Source: Eledone cirrhosa
Lineage: Eukaryota
Assembly (NCBI GenBank): GCA_964016885.1
Contig: OZ024742.1
Coordinates: forward strand, 233,120,001-233,184,000
Reading direction: 5' to 3'
DNA length: 64,000 nucleotides
Positions 11,883 through 26,839 of this stretch are shown here, piece by piece. The position numbers and the translations under genes were made by a program. The number at the start of each line of letters is the position of its first letter. The first letter of the stretch is position 1. The notes under the pieces are model-generated. The model was given only the letters and a program-made list of their open reading frames with translations. It was not told where the DNA came from and searched no databases.

Positions 11883-12812
11883 TAATAGGAAAACGTATTT
11901 TGAAATTTCAATCAACATTTTTTGCTTCTAATTTAAATCTGGTTTATCATAGAGTGTTGAATTAATTTCAAAATAACGTTGACAAGATCATAAACAAACA
12001 TGACGACGAGAATGATGATGTTTTAGAATAGAGATAGCTACGTCTCCTACGTTTATCTCCTCACATTCCGCCTCACAAAGCCTATGACAACATATCTCTG
12101 ACAGTTGTGAATGTTTTCTCCTCACAAATTCCCATCATATTCCCCAACTTTTCCATTATTCATAATACATACAGGAATTGCAAACAAGGTTCTAAAAACC
12201 TTCACTAAGTATAAACCAGTACCTCCCTACGGACAACTGACGTTTGGAAGAGCCGAACTCCCACTGTCATCGCCTGGGTCCATCCAGTTACTGCACCGAA
12301 ACCCTGTCTGAGAACAATACTACTTACAATATCCCCACGAAGTCCCCCCTATCGGCATCAGATGGGGAGCTTTTACTCACAATTGCAAGACTTGGACGTA
12401 TCGCAGAAAAACAAAATATACATTTACGCAGCGTACACACAAACTCACATCTTTTCGTCGCTCAACAAACAAGTCTCTACAACATTTTCACAAAACTCAT
12501 ACGAACCACATCTCAAACAGTATCGCTTTGTAAGCAGCAAACAAGCTGAAAATGCCTCCTTTGACGTTAACAATCAAAACAAAGGCGAAAGCTCCTCCAA
12601 CCAACTGGCCTAGTAGGGTCCGTTCCATTACTTTGAAGCAGTGTACTTCAGAGCTATCTCATACTCTTAACAAAATCATTTTAGTTTCTTTCTAGAGAAA
12701 TCTATATTTAAAAACACGCAAAGGTCATCTTTCTGAGCATGCTAACTGCTATCTAATAGCTTTATGTACAAACAGGGTCCTTTCATCTCTCAACTCTTAG
12801 TATAGTGTAGAC

Positions 12813-13115
12813 CAGGGGTGTGCAACATATTCCATTGGCGGGCCACTTTTGAACATTGGAACAACTATTAGGGCCATTAATATTTATTAAGCACTATTCC
12901 AAAGATTCACCACAACTTCTTTCCATGACATGGAACTGGGAAATTATAACACGTATAACCCTGTCAGTGAAGCCCTGTCAACTAACAGAAAAGTGTATTA
13001 CAGTTACGAAAAAATTCCTACATAAGTCTACAAGGTAAAAATTAAAAACGGTCATCGTGGGCCACTCTGACTGGTCTGGCGGGCCGGATTGTGGCCAGCC
13101 TGTTGCACGCCCCTG
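12813..13115. mobile_element. hAT (Charlie-like) MITE
   Basis: TIRs CAGGGGTGTGCAAC / GTTGCACGCCCCTG with a perfect 8-bp TSD GTGTAGAC (12805-12812, 13116-13123). Confidence 0.9.
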
Positions 13116-13694
13116 GTGTAGACTAACATTCATAATGTAGCGTAGAATTTTTATCGATTGAAATTACACCCCCCGCCATAGGCACACACATACACACAAC
13201 TGCCAAGTTTGTATCACAATGACTAGGTTTCTCAATATAAAATTGTCATCCTGTTACCAGCTGGAAACTGTTTCAGCTGCGTTCATTTGTTGATTCTCTT
13301 TGAAACTTAAAACTCTACATCTAGTGCAACTCTATTGCTACATTCACCAATATCTTAGCTATATCTGGGATATAGGCATCTTGTTTTCACTTTTTGCTTA
13401 TTTTATTACTACTATAACATCACCGTGTTCTGGAGACGCTTTACAGATGGATGCACCATCCTCCTAGACTCACTGGGCGCATTAGCTTCTGTTCTTACAT
13501 GGCATTTTTTCTATTTTTGTTACATTGTGTAGGTTATCTATGTGTGCACAATTTTGTGGTTTATTATGGAGAGATTTGAGTCTATGATAGTGATATGAGT
13601 CTAATGTAACGTTTGTACATTAATATAATTGTTATTTTCTTTTCTCGCTTCTCTGTGCCCTTTGTATATTTGTGTACAGTTATACTACCTTTAA

Positions 13695-13960
13695 GGCGGC
13701 GAATTGGCAGAGTCGTTAAAACATCGGATAAAATCCTCTGCTGTATTCATTTCGGCTCTCTCCTCTCTGAGTTCAAATCCCGCCAAGGTCAACTTTGTCT
13801 TCCATCCTTTCGAGGTCGATAAAAAAGTACCAGTCTAATATTGGAGTTGATCCTTCCTCTATGTCTCTTTCTCACTGCCTCCCTTTCCCTTTCTATCCTT
13901 CTCTAGAAATGCCTTATGTCAATGCGGTGCCCATGTGACTACCTCAGGAATTAGTGGACC
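13695..13960 (+). mobile_element. SINE with family A-like head and an alternative 3' tail
   Basis: tRNA head, TC-rich linker, and a tail similar to 50120-50240. Confidence 0.65.
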
Positions 13961-14409
13961 AGGGAAGAAGCGAATACTACCGTTACCGTTATCATTTATG
14001 TATGTTGGGAATGCTTGTGTGTATATAGTATGTTTGTGTTATTGAGTATGATTGTTAGATGTGCTTTGGCGTTCTTTGTTATTGCTGGTAAGAAGGTCGA
14101 ATGTAAGAGTACTATAGTAGTTTAACCCACTCCAGGTCAGTTCTGGTTAAGCGGGACTATGCTCAAAGGTGTTTTATCCATGATCATACCATCTTCTTGT
14201 ATATCTGGAAATGCCTAATCTAATGTATTATTTCTTTCAAAAGTAACATTTACCAAATTCTCCTTCCCTCTTTTCCATTCTCCGCTGGTCAAGCGAACAA
14301 TGAAGGGGAGTGAGATAGATTTTGTAGATTCTATTATTTGACAGCTAAATTTCTAGGGGCTAGACTTCGTTTCACTTAAGTTGTTATGTAGCTGTGTGTT
14401 ATAGTTAAT

Positions 14410-14610
14410 GATTTCTGATTTAGGCACAAGGTCAGCAATTTATGGGGAAGGGAAAGTCGGTTAAACACTTTTTTTAGTAGTTTATTGTATCGACCCCAGA
14501 ATAAAGAAAAGCAAAGTTGACCTTGGCGTTATTTGAACTCAGAACATAAAGAGCCGTAACAAAATACAAACAAATATTCTCCCAACGCTCTAACGATTCT
14601 GCTAATCCAT
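14410..14610 (-). mobile_element. SINE family A (diverged)
   Basis: GGCACAAGGTCAGCAAT..ATTTGAACTCAG. Confidence 0.75.
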
Positions 14611-16240
14611 TAATGAATGATACAATCAATGTAAACATGACACTGTGGTGTCATTTGTGTAGGAAGCTACATAGATATAGGTAAAAGTTAAAATAAGAGA
14701 GCGAAAGGATGGATGGAGCTTTGAAAAAAATCTGATTTAAGATGTGTTATTGTTGTATCCTGCAAGAGATTGTAACTTACAGGAGGGTTTAATAGCCAGA
14801 GCTTTATGTTATTTCTTAAAGAGGTGTTTGTTATTTTGTGTAAGAAGATAGGGTGCTTATACAACATCTCTCGTTATGCCAGAAATAATAACTAAATCTC
14901 CCCAAAACTTCATCCTGCCATTTTAAGATGAACAATAGTGGTGACGGGCTAGGATTAAAAGTTTAGAACGAATTAGAAGTATGAAGGAATACTGCATGAA
15001 GTGAGTTATAATATTGTTCACATTTCGTTGATATATATTTTCCATTGTGGAGAACATATCAACCTACATTTTAAATATAAATTACACATATTCGGATTAA
15101 ACCAAACAATAGATATATGATCCTGGTAGACTTCTATCTTTTTATCTAATGTTAATAATTAGAAAAAATTATATGCAGAATCACACAAATCAACTTTAAA
15201 TATTAAACAAAACAACAAAAAGCAACCCCAATCAAAAGCAAAAAAAAAATCAATAACAAAGAAAAATAATCCCTCCCCAACCAAACACAGATGTATACGT
15301 GCTTAAATTCGTGAAACTATGTTATAACCAGCCTTACAAAATAAATAACGTCTGTGTTGGAGACCCCCGCCCCCACCCAGCCTTTAGGTTGTAATCAAAA
15401 TGGTTTAGAAGCTGTGTTAAACAGTCCTTGTCATCGCGGAAACCATACTGGTTAGAATTAAGGAGGATTGTTACTGTTACTTTCAAGGTAAAGAGTTGAT
15501 CGAGATCATACTACCGTCTTAAATAACTTGGAGATATGAGGAGTAAGGGAGAGCGAGGGCCAACAGATGAGACAACGACATTATGCTTTGTGGAAGACGA
15601 GAAAAACACCTTGGAATCGAATTTAGTCTTCTCAATAGCCCAATCATCCTAAGCTGTTCTTTGATTATTGATGATAATCTTCGTGCAGTTATAAAGATTT
15701 TTATACTCGAGCAATGCTATAATTGTCAAATGGGGGTGTTGCTGCAGGCAATATTTTAGTTGGTTGACATTTTAAATTAATTTTTTTAATTTTTCTATGG
15801 GGGTTTCCTATTTCTAGGGAGCCTGCATTAGCTTTGTTCACAGGTCGTTAATGAGTGTGGCTTGAACATATATTCGTATCAGTGTCTATAAATAACAGCC
15901 AAGATATTTTGATATTGTTGAAGATTAGAGTATATGAAAGACCAGTCAAAGTGATCGTATCCTAATTTGCATAGTGGAGATCTAATTGGTTGGCTCAGTT
16001 CGTTTGATTTAACTTTTCGATGTTGGAATATCAGACAAGAGAGAACCATGTCAGGCTCTAAGAGGATAACTGCAATATTATGGTTAGTGTTAGTGTGGTT
16101 ACTTAATAATAAGTCCCAAATACACTTATTACATCCTGCTGACTCACGCATGAGTTTGTACATGAAAATTTCGTCCATAAAGTAGACAAGAGATTCTACT
16201 GCTGTTTCGTTTGGAATTGAGATGCAAATACCTAATTTCA

Positions 16241-16276
<36 letters not shown>

Positions 16277-16365
16277 TCATTTTAATTAAGGCGAAATACT
16301 TCGGTATTGAGTACTTTTCTTTCAACCGTCAACCACACACACACACGCACGCACGCACGCACGCA

Positions 16366-16510
16366 TAATATTCTTTATTATGGCTAAGTGACGAGTCTTG
16401 TTAATCTGGAGTTTCACCTATATACTCACAGGATAATCAGACAAAACGTTTGTCAGATAATCCTGAGAAACTGCAGAGTAACAAGACTGATTACATAATA
16501 AAGAATATTA
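16366..16510. mobile_element. Head-to-head inverted pair of decayed hammerhead/pLTR fragments
   Basis: Minus arm TTGT-CTGATTA-T-CCTGT..ATAGG-T-GAAA-CTCCAGA-TTA-ACAA; plus arm TTGT-CAGATAA..GAAA-CTGCAGAG-TA-ACAA. Both arms end CATAATAAAGAATATTA. Confidence 0.55.
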
Positions 16511-17067
16511 GTGAACTTTACTTCGGTATTGTGTCCTTATTCTCGTGTCCGCCATCATCACATGGATATATATATTTATGTATTATCAGAAGCACTAACA
16601 TATCTTAATTCATATATGAAGGCATATACAATATGTTTACGTATAACGAATATACATGTCTTTCTAAGAGTATTGTTTACAATATTTATAGTGAGGCTTG
16701 CTTATGTTTATTTATCATACATAAACGTATTTTATTTATTTTCATATGCCTGTATTAGTGCTACTACTAATAATTACCAGCCCGCCAAGCCCGCACTATA
16801 TGCAAATAAGCATCTCCTTCAATGGATCATTTGCAAGATCCATATATGGCATAGCTTATTTCGCCTCAGTATCGAGTGATTAAACGTCATAGAAGATGGT
16901 CAAAACTCCTAAAACACTGGTGTTTGGTGTTCTCTCACGGCAACAGAGGTAGCTGTGACATTATCACAGATTAAAATACCAATGGGAGACTTATATAAGT
17001 TTATTATACATGAAGATATTGTATATGATTTCGTATACGCCTCTAGTACATGCATACATGTACGCAT

Positions 17068-17296
17068 GTATGTATGTTCTTCTGGTTTTATAATTTCACA
17101 AATTTTTGCCAATAGAGAGAGTCGGTTTCTAACATAGACACAAGACTCTCTCATTGGAATTTACACAACATCAACTAGGTAGATTATGTATGCATGTCTG
17201 CATGCATGCATGTGTAGATATGGATGTTATTGTATGTGTGGATGTGTATGTTTTGAGTTGTATGTGCGCATGTGTATATGCAGTTATTAGATGCTA
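17068..17296 (-). mobile_element. 5'-truncated 3' UTR of the (TACA)n-associated R4-like element
   Basis: Matches 51830-52070; TATG repeats on both sides. Confidence 0.9.
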
Positions 17297-17851
17297 TGTA
17301 TGTATGTATGTATATATGTATCCATCCAATAAAGTTTGTTTTTGTGGAGAGAGAAACTCCTAGTCTTCATTAAGACATCTCTAGGAGAAAGTCACGCTGA
17401 TATAAAACCTTGTTTTATATCAGAGTGACCTTGACGTTGTTTGCATCCAATGATGTAGACCAGTTCTTCTTTTAGGGTAAAATCTTCCCTGGAGAAGAAT
17501 TAGTGATTAGTGACTTTAAATTACGAGCTAGACAAACACAGAAATCTAAGGCACTCTGGAGAACAAGGATGTAGAAGGTTAAGGAACTTTCGAATAATCA
17601 GATGTTAAGGGAGGACATACTAAAGAAAGCGCTTGGTAGGGAGGATGTAGAGTGAGAAAAGTGTAATATAGAGGACAACTGGCAACTCCTACTGAGGGTC
17701 ATAGAAAGGAACTCCTAAAACGAGATCTATGGACGGACAAAGGTACCAACCAGACGGAAGATGACGTGCTGCTGAAACTGTACTGTAGATAGGGCCGTAG
17801 ATGCTAAGAGACCGGCTTGGAAAGTCTGGAGGCCTGGGAGTAGTAGAAAAT

Positions 17852-18038
17852 AATTGTTTCTATTTTTGGCACAGGGCCAGCAATTATCCCAGTGCATTAC
17901 TGGTGCTTTATTTTATCGACCCCGTAAGGATGAAAGGCAAAGTTAACCTCGGTGGGATTTGAACTCAGACCATAAAAGCGCCGAACTCTATGCTGCAAAG
18001 CATGGAATCCGACCTTCTACCGATACTGCCAATCCCCA
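17852..18038 (-). mobile_element. SINE family A
   Basis: Full reverse copy inserted in the LINE remnant. Confidence 0.9.
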
Positions 18039-18573
18039 TAATATCAGGTAGCTTGAAGAGAGGCCAAGCGACAGGTTTGTTTGACAAGCAGAGAGGCAGA
18101 AAAAAAGAAGTTTATCAATGTCCTGCAGCGTGAAGACAAGAGGCATGATGTGTTCCAAATTGCATGACTGTACAAGAGAGAACCAAGGTGTTGTAGAAGA
18201 GAAGTGTGCTCCAAACGACAGGGGCTTATTTACACATACTGACGCCGAAAAGAAGGCAGCAAGGAAGCTGAATGAGGGTAATGCACAGGCGGCGAGTGCG
18301 GGGTCCACTCCAAGTAAACCTATCTGAGGGACCATCAACGGTCACAGCAATATAGTAGGTAAGCCGATTAAGGTAAAGAAGATAGGGAAGGAAGCTGGGT
18401 TTTCAGGGATTGTCGCAGAGATGTTTAAACAATTTAAACTATCTGCTGGAGAAAGGCACATACTAGTTACTCGTATAGTAAACCAGGTACTGCTGGAAGG
18501 TGTTGCACCCAATGATTGGGATAATTGCTGGCCTTGTGCCTAAAGTAGAAACAGTTATTATAAAAGAGACGGA

Positions 18574-18782
18574 GGGTGGTGGATTGGCAGTATCGGTAAA
18601 GAATCGGATGCCATGTTTTGCAGCATAGAATTACGGCCCTTTATGATCTGAGTTCAAATCCTGCCGAGGTTAACTTTACCTTTCATCCTTACGAGGTCGA
18701 TAAAATAAAGTAATGCACTGGGGTCGATTTAATCGACTCTCCCCAAATTGCTGGCCTTGTGCCTACAGTAGAAATCATTATT
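18574..18782 (+). mobile_element. SINE family A
   Basis: GGATTGGCAGTATCGG..GAGTTCAAATCC..GCTGGCCTTGTGCC. Confidence 0.9.
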
Positions 18783-21471
18783 GTAAAAGAGACGCAACAG
18801 AGAAAGAGGCACCATGTTGTTAGATCAGATTATGAGGCCTACAGAATGAGTGATAGCAAAATTGAGTACGGATATAATTAATACCAGGAAGAAGTACCAC
18901 TGATATAATCTTCATTGTGACACAAATGCAGAAGAAGTACTTAGTTAAGCATAAGTCTTTATACTTGGCATTTGTTGACCTGAAAAAGGTCTTTGATAGA
19001 ATCATGTGCTCTATAATCTGACAATGATGGTATGATGGTACACTTCATACGTGATAGGTGCACAGGAGTAGGCAATAGTAAGAGGACTCGGGAAATGAGC
19101 TGACTGATATGCTCGGACGGCTTACTAGAAGTAGTAGATAAGTTCAGTTATCTAGGTGACCTCATTACCCGTGGAGGTGGATGTACCGAAAGTGATGTAG
19201 CCAGAGTGAGAAAATGATTGAAGAAGTTCGGGGAGTTGTTACCTCTACTGGCAACAAATACCTCTCTTTGAACGGCTATGCTCAATTTAAGTGAGTCATG
19301 GGACCTGAGTGCATAACGAAAGAAATATGCAGACTATTGATAATAATAAAAATGTGCAGAAATCCATCACATAATATAGATACGTAAATATTTTGATGAG
19401 GATTTAATTAAACTGATTAAAATTAATAATATTAAATTTAGAAACAGAAGCTGTATTTAGATTTGGCCCAGAGGAATGAATAATACAATAGTTAAATAAA
19501 TAATACAATAGTTAAATAAAAACAAACTACATATATTATGGATATTGACTCATACAAGAAACCTACTTATAATGAACTGAAAAGTAACTCGTAAAAAACC
19601 AAAGACGACCGTAGCAATTTATTTGTGCCCTCAGCTGGGTTTTTTAGTTTTATGATGGTTAGAACTTTTGAATGTAATACCTGTATGTATTCAATTCCAA
19701 TTACTTATGCCAATTTAACTTTGATATGTAAAATTGGGGAGTTTTCTGTGTATTCTAATTGTTTGTGTATGAGGGAGCCCCTCAAGGCCTGAAGTGCCCC
19801 GGGCACCCCAAGGCCTAAATCCAGTCCTGCTGCTAGGTTATTGTAATCTTTATCCCTCTATCAGGAAAATTGGAAATAATTAAGAACTTAACGCACACAT
19901 CACCCTGTACATGGCTTTAACTTATTTACAGTGCAATAAATCATCGTTTATGATTTCATGCATTTGTGTGTGCAAGCATATTTTAAAAGTGCTTGAAAAC
20001 ACGAAGAAATAATTTTCAAATATATATGTAATAAGTAATTTTCAATCAATATTCTATCAATATATTTTTAATTTTTATTATTCCGTCGAGTCAATTGTGT
20101 CCTTATTAGAATTTAAAGAAAAAATTAAATTACAGAAAATATTTACAAATACTATGTATTAATTTCCAACATAGGACTCAAAATTCGGGGATGGGTATAG
20201 TTGATTAAATAACTATATTTAGGGTATTTTAAAAGTCTTGTTAGTTTCTACATCAATGCATTTTGAACATATAAAAACTAACAAAAACTAAGCAAAAAAT
20301 GAATTTTAAGGGGAAATTACTGTTCAATATAGTTCCGATGAGTCTTGATTTCAATTACTCTGTATATGGAATCTATATATGAATCAGAGGGTAATGATGT
20401 CGTTGATAGCTGTGTTGCCTTGTTGTTCTCACATATCTATGGACATTTAGTTTACTTAATTTTAAATTGGTTATTAATTACCTAGGTATTTTGATAATCG
20501 CAATAATGACTTTCTCTTCTAATTACTACCGTAATTCTTAAGGATTCAACACATATCTTCAAATGTTTCATTACGATTTTATCTTAAAATATTTTTCTCG
20601 GTGACCATTGACTAATGATTGATCAGTGTTGAAATGAGTGAGGATCTGATGTTCAATTTTCAATTTGATAGCTTTTCACGAGTCTACTCATCCTGCCCCC
20701 ATCAGAACAAAGAAGAGAAAACTGACCAGTTATTGGTGGGAAATAGTTTAATAGTTTGTTTTATGTTAAATATTACAATAGTAAATATTAGCAATGCAAT
20801 GAATGAGTTTATTGTGGATACCCACTTGCTCAAATATATTTCCTTTCTATAGCTTGGAAACTTTCGAAAAATGTTATCAAATATGCAACATTAAGTTTAT
20901 GTTCATACTACCAAGAAACAAAGGAAATGTGTCTAGTCTTCGTTCACGTGATATTCTCATTTTCCTTTCTGCCAACTGTAGAAAATCCTATTAAGGAGAA
21001 ATAGTACGCCTTCACATTATTTAGTTAAAAGAAGACAAAAGATGAACTAGCACAGTGAAGTTGAAACAGTTTGTAAAGTAGAACGCATCAGGTGGGAGGA
21101 CATACATACTAACAAAGAATAAAACAGGCACAATATTTTTAGTATTTCATGATTAAATATATTCAAAATATGTCATGTTTCTACTGCAGCATATTCACGA
21201 GGAACACCACAGTACTTAATTGATAGTCTGCATTGTTAACAATGTAGTCACGTGAAGAAACTCATATTGAATGATAGCATATCTTCTACATTCGGGCTGA
21301 AAGGGAAAAATAACATTTGAAGGGAAAATCTAATTGTTACGTTAGGAATATTGGCGTTTTGATCCCATAGAGAAATTTTGGGGATTAAGCTCTTAGCCAG
21401 CTGATTCTGTAACTCAATTTCGATTTCATATGTACCTATATCGCCCAGTATAATGCCAGGGAAACAAAATG

Positions 21472-21664
21472 CAGTCCTGTCAACTCTCCCCGTCCGACGA
21501 GGAGATCTCCCACCCACTTTGGGGGTAGGTGAGAGATGTTTTCTCTTGTGAAAATAGATATAGCTTTCATTATGTAAAATCTCCCCATTTTGCCTCATTT
21601 CTCCCCGTTTTGGGGCACTTGTTTTCATGGTACCCCATTTGGATTTTAGAGGTTGGCAGGTCTG
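21472..21664. mobile_element. ~190-bp MITE (CAG-terminal, hAT-like)
   Basis: TIR CAGTCCTGTCAAC / GTTGGCAGGTCTG, flanked by the 6-bp direct repeat AAAATG; homologues at 33780-33944 and 34160-34353. Confidence 0.8.
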
Positions 21665-24199
21665 AAAATGGACGTTACACAATCCGATTTCTTTAGTTTC
21701 TGTATATGTTCTTCGGTAGGAAAATTTTAAAGTAAAAATATCTTAAAGTAAATAAACATATTCAAGTCTACCAGACGGATTTTTCGATATTCACCACCCA
21801 CGAAAGAGGCAGAACATACTAAGTTCTTGGCATCGATAATTTTTTTTTGGGGGGGGGGGGGGGGTAAATCATGGTTGTAATCGAATGAAATTTTATTCCA
21901 TAAATAGGAAATTGAAGAAATTCACTCTAAAGAAATATAATCTCTTAAAATAACCATTATCAAAGCATATAATTCGTTATAAGTGGGATCTAATGCACGT
22001 TAATAAACAAAGACATTCAAAAGTTTTCTTCTCGATGGCAAATTTATGAGAGAAATAAATTACTGAAACTGAATTTATCTCAATCTTTGTATAATAATTG
22101 TTTCTACTTTTGGCACAAGGCCAGCAATTACCCAGTGAATTACTGGTACTTTATTTTATCGACCCCGTAAGGATGAAAGGCAAAGTTATATAATAATAAC
22201 CCATTGTTACACACACACACATAATTTTATTAGTATAAGAAGCTCTTGCTTGAATAAATTAATGAAATAGATTAATCTTATATGGTACTTCATCAGCATT
22301 TAAAGCTAATCTGTTTTAATTCTAAGACACAATAGGTTCAAGCAGCGAAACTTTCCTTTGTGTGCAAAATAACTTATATGAAATAAAAACATCTATATTT
22401 ATATGTGTTTATCAATATATATTTATATATTTATGTCATAAAATGAGTTGACAACCACATAAGAAAAATCAGCGTTCACAACATTTCCTCCATTGACCTT
22501 CGATTTCAAAGGAAATGCCTTATCGTTGTTGTATACTGACAAATATATTGATCCGCCTAGTCACACTAAGTGCTCATCAAATTCACTAGAAGGAAAGATT
22601 GCTTTCTTTAAATGGTAGTCCAAGAAGTGATAAAAGAACCAATTACTATGCTAGACATTTCAAACCTGACATTTTGAAATAGATAGAAGGAAATTCATTA
22701 TTAAAGGAAACATTGGAAGTACTTTTTATAAAGGGCCCACACGAAGAAAAACAGAGGCACCTATCTCTTCGGAGTAAGACACAATGATCAGGTGGTTATA
22801 ACCCCTGAAACAATGTAGATATTCTTCACTACCATGCGATCTGTTAGGGATAACCTTCTCTCATCCCATTTCTTGTAACCTTTTGCGAATTCCTCTCTAC
22901 CTGGAGGATTGGACCATTCTAAACTTTAAGTACTTAAACTAGAACAATGAATCAACGATAGCCGCTAGCTAACGCGCATTTCTCTCTCCAGTTGCTGGGC
23001 TTCAAGCTCTTCGATTTGTTAATCTGTGCTTCTCATCGATTACCATGAGTTCTTTTGTGTCGCACAAAAATGTTGCTTTCCTGTGACCTCATTCGAGTGA
23101 AATGTATGAGCTACAAAATGTTGGTCCACATAAAGAGGGCATCATTGCTGGCGCTGTTATTGCCATGTTTGATGTTATATCTTGTTTGATATTGCATCCC
23201 CTGAACTGTATATATATTACCGAAGTTAAAAGTTATTCATTTCGTTGTTAAAAATATCTACTCAATTGCTAATATATTCCATCAGTCTTTCACATAATCC
23301 TTTTTTTTAGAAGACTATTTCTATAAGAGCTAACATTGTACGATAAGAACCGCCTAATCCCCGTGTCTCAGCCAATCGTAAGTGTTATACCAGTTGTTAA
23401 CGCAGTGTGACATCAAATCTTGTTAGTGGTCAACATATAATTATATGTTCCCATTAATAACCTATTTATGATCAACGTTTCACACAACCTTCAACGTACA
23501 AGCTTTTAAACGAAAAGCACTCTGATCTTATACTTGAGGGCGGAAAAAAAAACGACCAACGTAATCTTATACGTATGGCATGCTTTAAATTAGATTGCTT
23601 TTTCCAAAGAAGTTTATTACTCGCAATTTTCACGTGATTCATATAAAGTGTACATCATTTAATCATATACACATACATGCACATGTTAAATATTACGCCT
23701 ATTTCCATTTTGTTTAGAGCTTAGGGCAATCTTCTTAAGTTGAATTCTGCTGATATACTAGGCTTTATCAAAGTATCTTAACCGGGAAAGTCACCCGACA
23801 TAACTGAAAAACTTAGGCCTTAGCACTTCTCAGGAATGTTATCATTAAATATTCCACTTAAACGAACAAGTGATGGACACATAATAAACGAAGATAAAAA
23901 GTAATAATTTATTCATTTTAGAGTGATTTCTGATGTAATATTGCTGAAGTTATATACATACATGTGTGTGAGGGTGTGTGTTTGTGTGTATCTATCTATC
24001 TATATGTATACACTCACACACAGACTCAGATACACACACACATACTTATATATATATATATACAAAAGTTAAAATATTAGAGAAAACAATACTACATTCT
24101 GGAACAAATATATTTAATGACAATTGTTGCGGGAACCATATGATTATTCTTCATATACTGATGATAATTATCGATTATAAAATCCCTAATAGAAACTGA

Positions 24200-26480
24200 T
24201 ATTAAAAAGAAAAGATTGATATGGTCTCCTCATCAGAGCCGAAAAGAAAAAAATAAACATAAAAATTCAAAAATACAACTCGTTGAAAATAGGGACTACA
24301 ATAAATGTAAAATTTGAAGAATACCTGTCCATATATTAAAGATGCAAGTAGGAAAACAATACATTATGAGTCCAACGAATTTAACCGTTTGAAATCAAAG
24401 ATGGAGAAAAATTAAACCCGGATGTAGTATAACACTGAAGAAAGGGAGATAAATAAGAAAAAAAATATAAAAGATAATTAGCGATAATTTAAAATATTTA
24501 AAAGAAGGAAAAGTGGGTGTTAATAATATGAAGAATTATAGATAAATTCAACATTAAAATAGGGGTTTATAAAGAATATAGTCAGATATTGTATCAAAGC
24601 AGGAGAGAGGCCACAGTAGTAATAGTTAATATTAAAAGAGAAATGATATAGGGGTATACTATAGGAAGTGTATTAAAAATAATTGTAAATATGAGTGAGT
24701 TAAAAGGAGTATAGGGGATAAAGGATCAGGGTTATATATTAAAATAATATAAGTGGAAGAACAGAAAAAAATAGCATTAATATAAGATAGGTAAAAATAA
24801 AATATTAAAAAAAGAAAACAATAGGATATAAATTAATTAGGAAGAAAATTAGAACTAATCAAAATATGAAGGTAAGATAAGTGGAGTGGTGGGTTAAAAA
24901 GGGATAGTAAAAAATGGAAAGGAGAAGAGTCAATTTAACTAATGGAATCTAAGTAGGATCAAAAACTCTGTTGGCGAACGAGTATGCTAAACGATGATGG
25001 CAATTAATTACAATCTCGTTGCGATCATTCATTGGGCTGGGTTTATACATAGTTATAAAATAAGCTTCCGATAAACAGAGATCACAATGACGTTTACGAC
25101 CTTTGTAAGGAGGAGATTTAGCTAAGATATCCCAGACTAAAGAGTATTCAATATTAGAAAGTTTTAATGTATTTATATGTCTGGCTAAAGAAGTAGAAAA
25201 CTTTGAATTACTATTCTTAAATGAATGTCTATGAGAATTAAAACGAGTCTTGAAAGGGTTAGCAGTAGCTCCAATGTATGTTTAGGTGTCACATTGCAAC
25301 TATATACTTCATTATTAGTAAGACATTAACTATTGAGAGGGCAGTTATTAGGATTTTTACAATTACAGTTACGGTTAGAGGTTGTAGAGATTGTAGGTAA
25401 AGGGATAGAAATAGTAGGAATATAATTTGATAGGAGAGTAGAGAAAGAAATCTTAACGTTATTTTTGTTAAATAATTTATAGTATTTATGGTTAGGAGGG
25501 AAATCTTTGCGTAAGATAGAGCACATTTTGGGGGAGGTTAGACGCTATATTATAGGAGAACGGAGGATTGAACCAGGACAGGTTACGAGACCTATTTCTG
25601 AGTGTAGTACTAGTTGGTTTATAGATATGTTTAGGAGGGTTTATAGATATGTTTAGAGTATTTTTAAAAGTTATTATGCGTAGTGGTGCACAAATTATTA
25701 GTATTACAGGAAGGCGTTTGGTTAGGGTGTCTATTATAACTAATCCTGAAATCATTGCTAGGAGTAGGTAGTAAACCATTATAAGAAGAACGGTTCTTTC
25801 TATTATTGTTTTAAAATCTATTATTACTAGAGAGACAGCTTTGTGTAATTACATTATTATTACTTAATCCATGGGTGGATAGAGCAGCAAGTATATAATA
25901 AATCTTATCCTTATAGCCTAATTTAAGAAGAGCTTCATTATAGTTCCACGCTTTTTCGCTAAATATGTTCTCTTTTGCAGAGAGCCTAGAGATTCTATGT
26001 GAAATAGGCATTACAATAGATTTAATAATAGGGGTGGGGGGGGGGAATACAATTATTATAAGTTAAGATCTCACCGGGGTTATGATAAGGACGGTAGAGT
26101 CCGGAAATTGACAACCTTATGGTTAGGCTCAATTGTGATAGAAAGACCAACACTTTTAAAGAATTTATGCAAATGCTTCTTAAGAATTTCGATTCCAAGT
26201 AGGTTAAAGTTATTTACAGTAAATAGAGCATCATCTCTGTATAATCCGCCTTGTAGAGAGAGTAAATCCTCCTTTAACTTGTGTAGTAGGTAAATTCTCA
26301 CAAGGTCTGTAACTAGTTAGCTGCTCTATTTGCAGTAAGAACTATTGAACTCTATTATTGTGCGTCTAGCAGTCAATATAATGTCTATTTCTTTCCTAGA
26401 TAAATCTGTGTTAGTTCTAGCTAATATTAGGGCTTTATTAAGTAAAATAGGGGATATGGAAGAATAGTAGCTATCAATGT
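24200..26480 (-). mobile_element. Degenerate Penelope-like element (RT + C-terminal GIY-YIG; CNC..CPL linker type)
   Basis: Fragments GGLYRDDALF, SWFNPPFS, FPPNHKYYKLFNKNNVKISFS, CNCKNPNNCPLNS, YIGATANPFKTRFNSHRHSF and CDLCLSE; a minus-strand CTGATGAG near 24230 may be a hammerhead relic. Confidence 0.8.
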
Positions 26481-26839
26481 CGAATATATTTTAACTTTTG
26501 TATGAAAGCCCTGCTTATAAACGTTTTGCTTGGCATTAAGGTTGACTTTGCCTTTCATCCTTACGGGGTCGATAAAATAAAGTACCAGTAATGCACTGGG
26601 TAATTGCTGGCCTTGTGCCAAAAGTAGAAACAATTATTTCTGTAGCTTACTCACATTGTTCGTTTGTCTTGCATTTAATATGCATTGAGTACACTGTCAC
26701 CCCCCCTCACTACTGGCATATAATTCTCATAACTAATCACTTATTTCTCCTCATCGATTAGTTTATTAACATATTTTTGATATTTGAGCTCCACTCGTAG
26801 AGCTATTTATATTATTTGCTAACATGTTAGAGAAGCAAC

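Larger units (their letters stand above)
17390..19320 (+). mobile_element. Highly degenerate RTE-type LINE interrupted by SINEs
   Basis: Residual peptides KIFPGEE (end of the APE domain), LYLAFVDLKKVFDRI (RT) and LEVVDKFSYLGDLITRGGGCTESDVARVRK..KKFGELLPLL; many stops. Confidence 0.65.
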
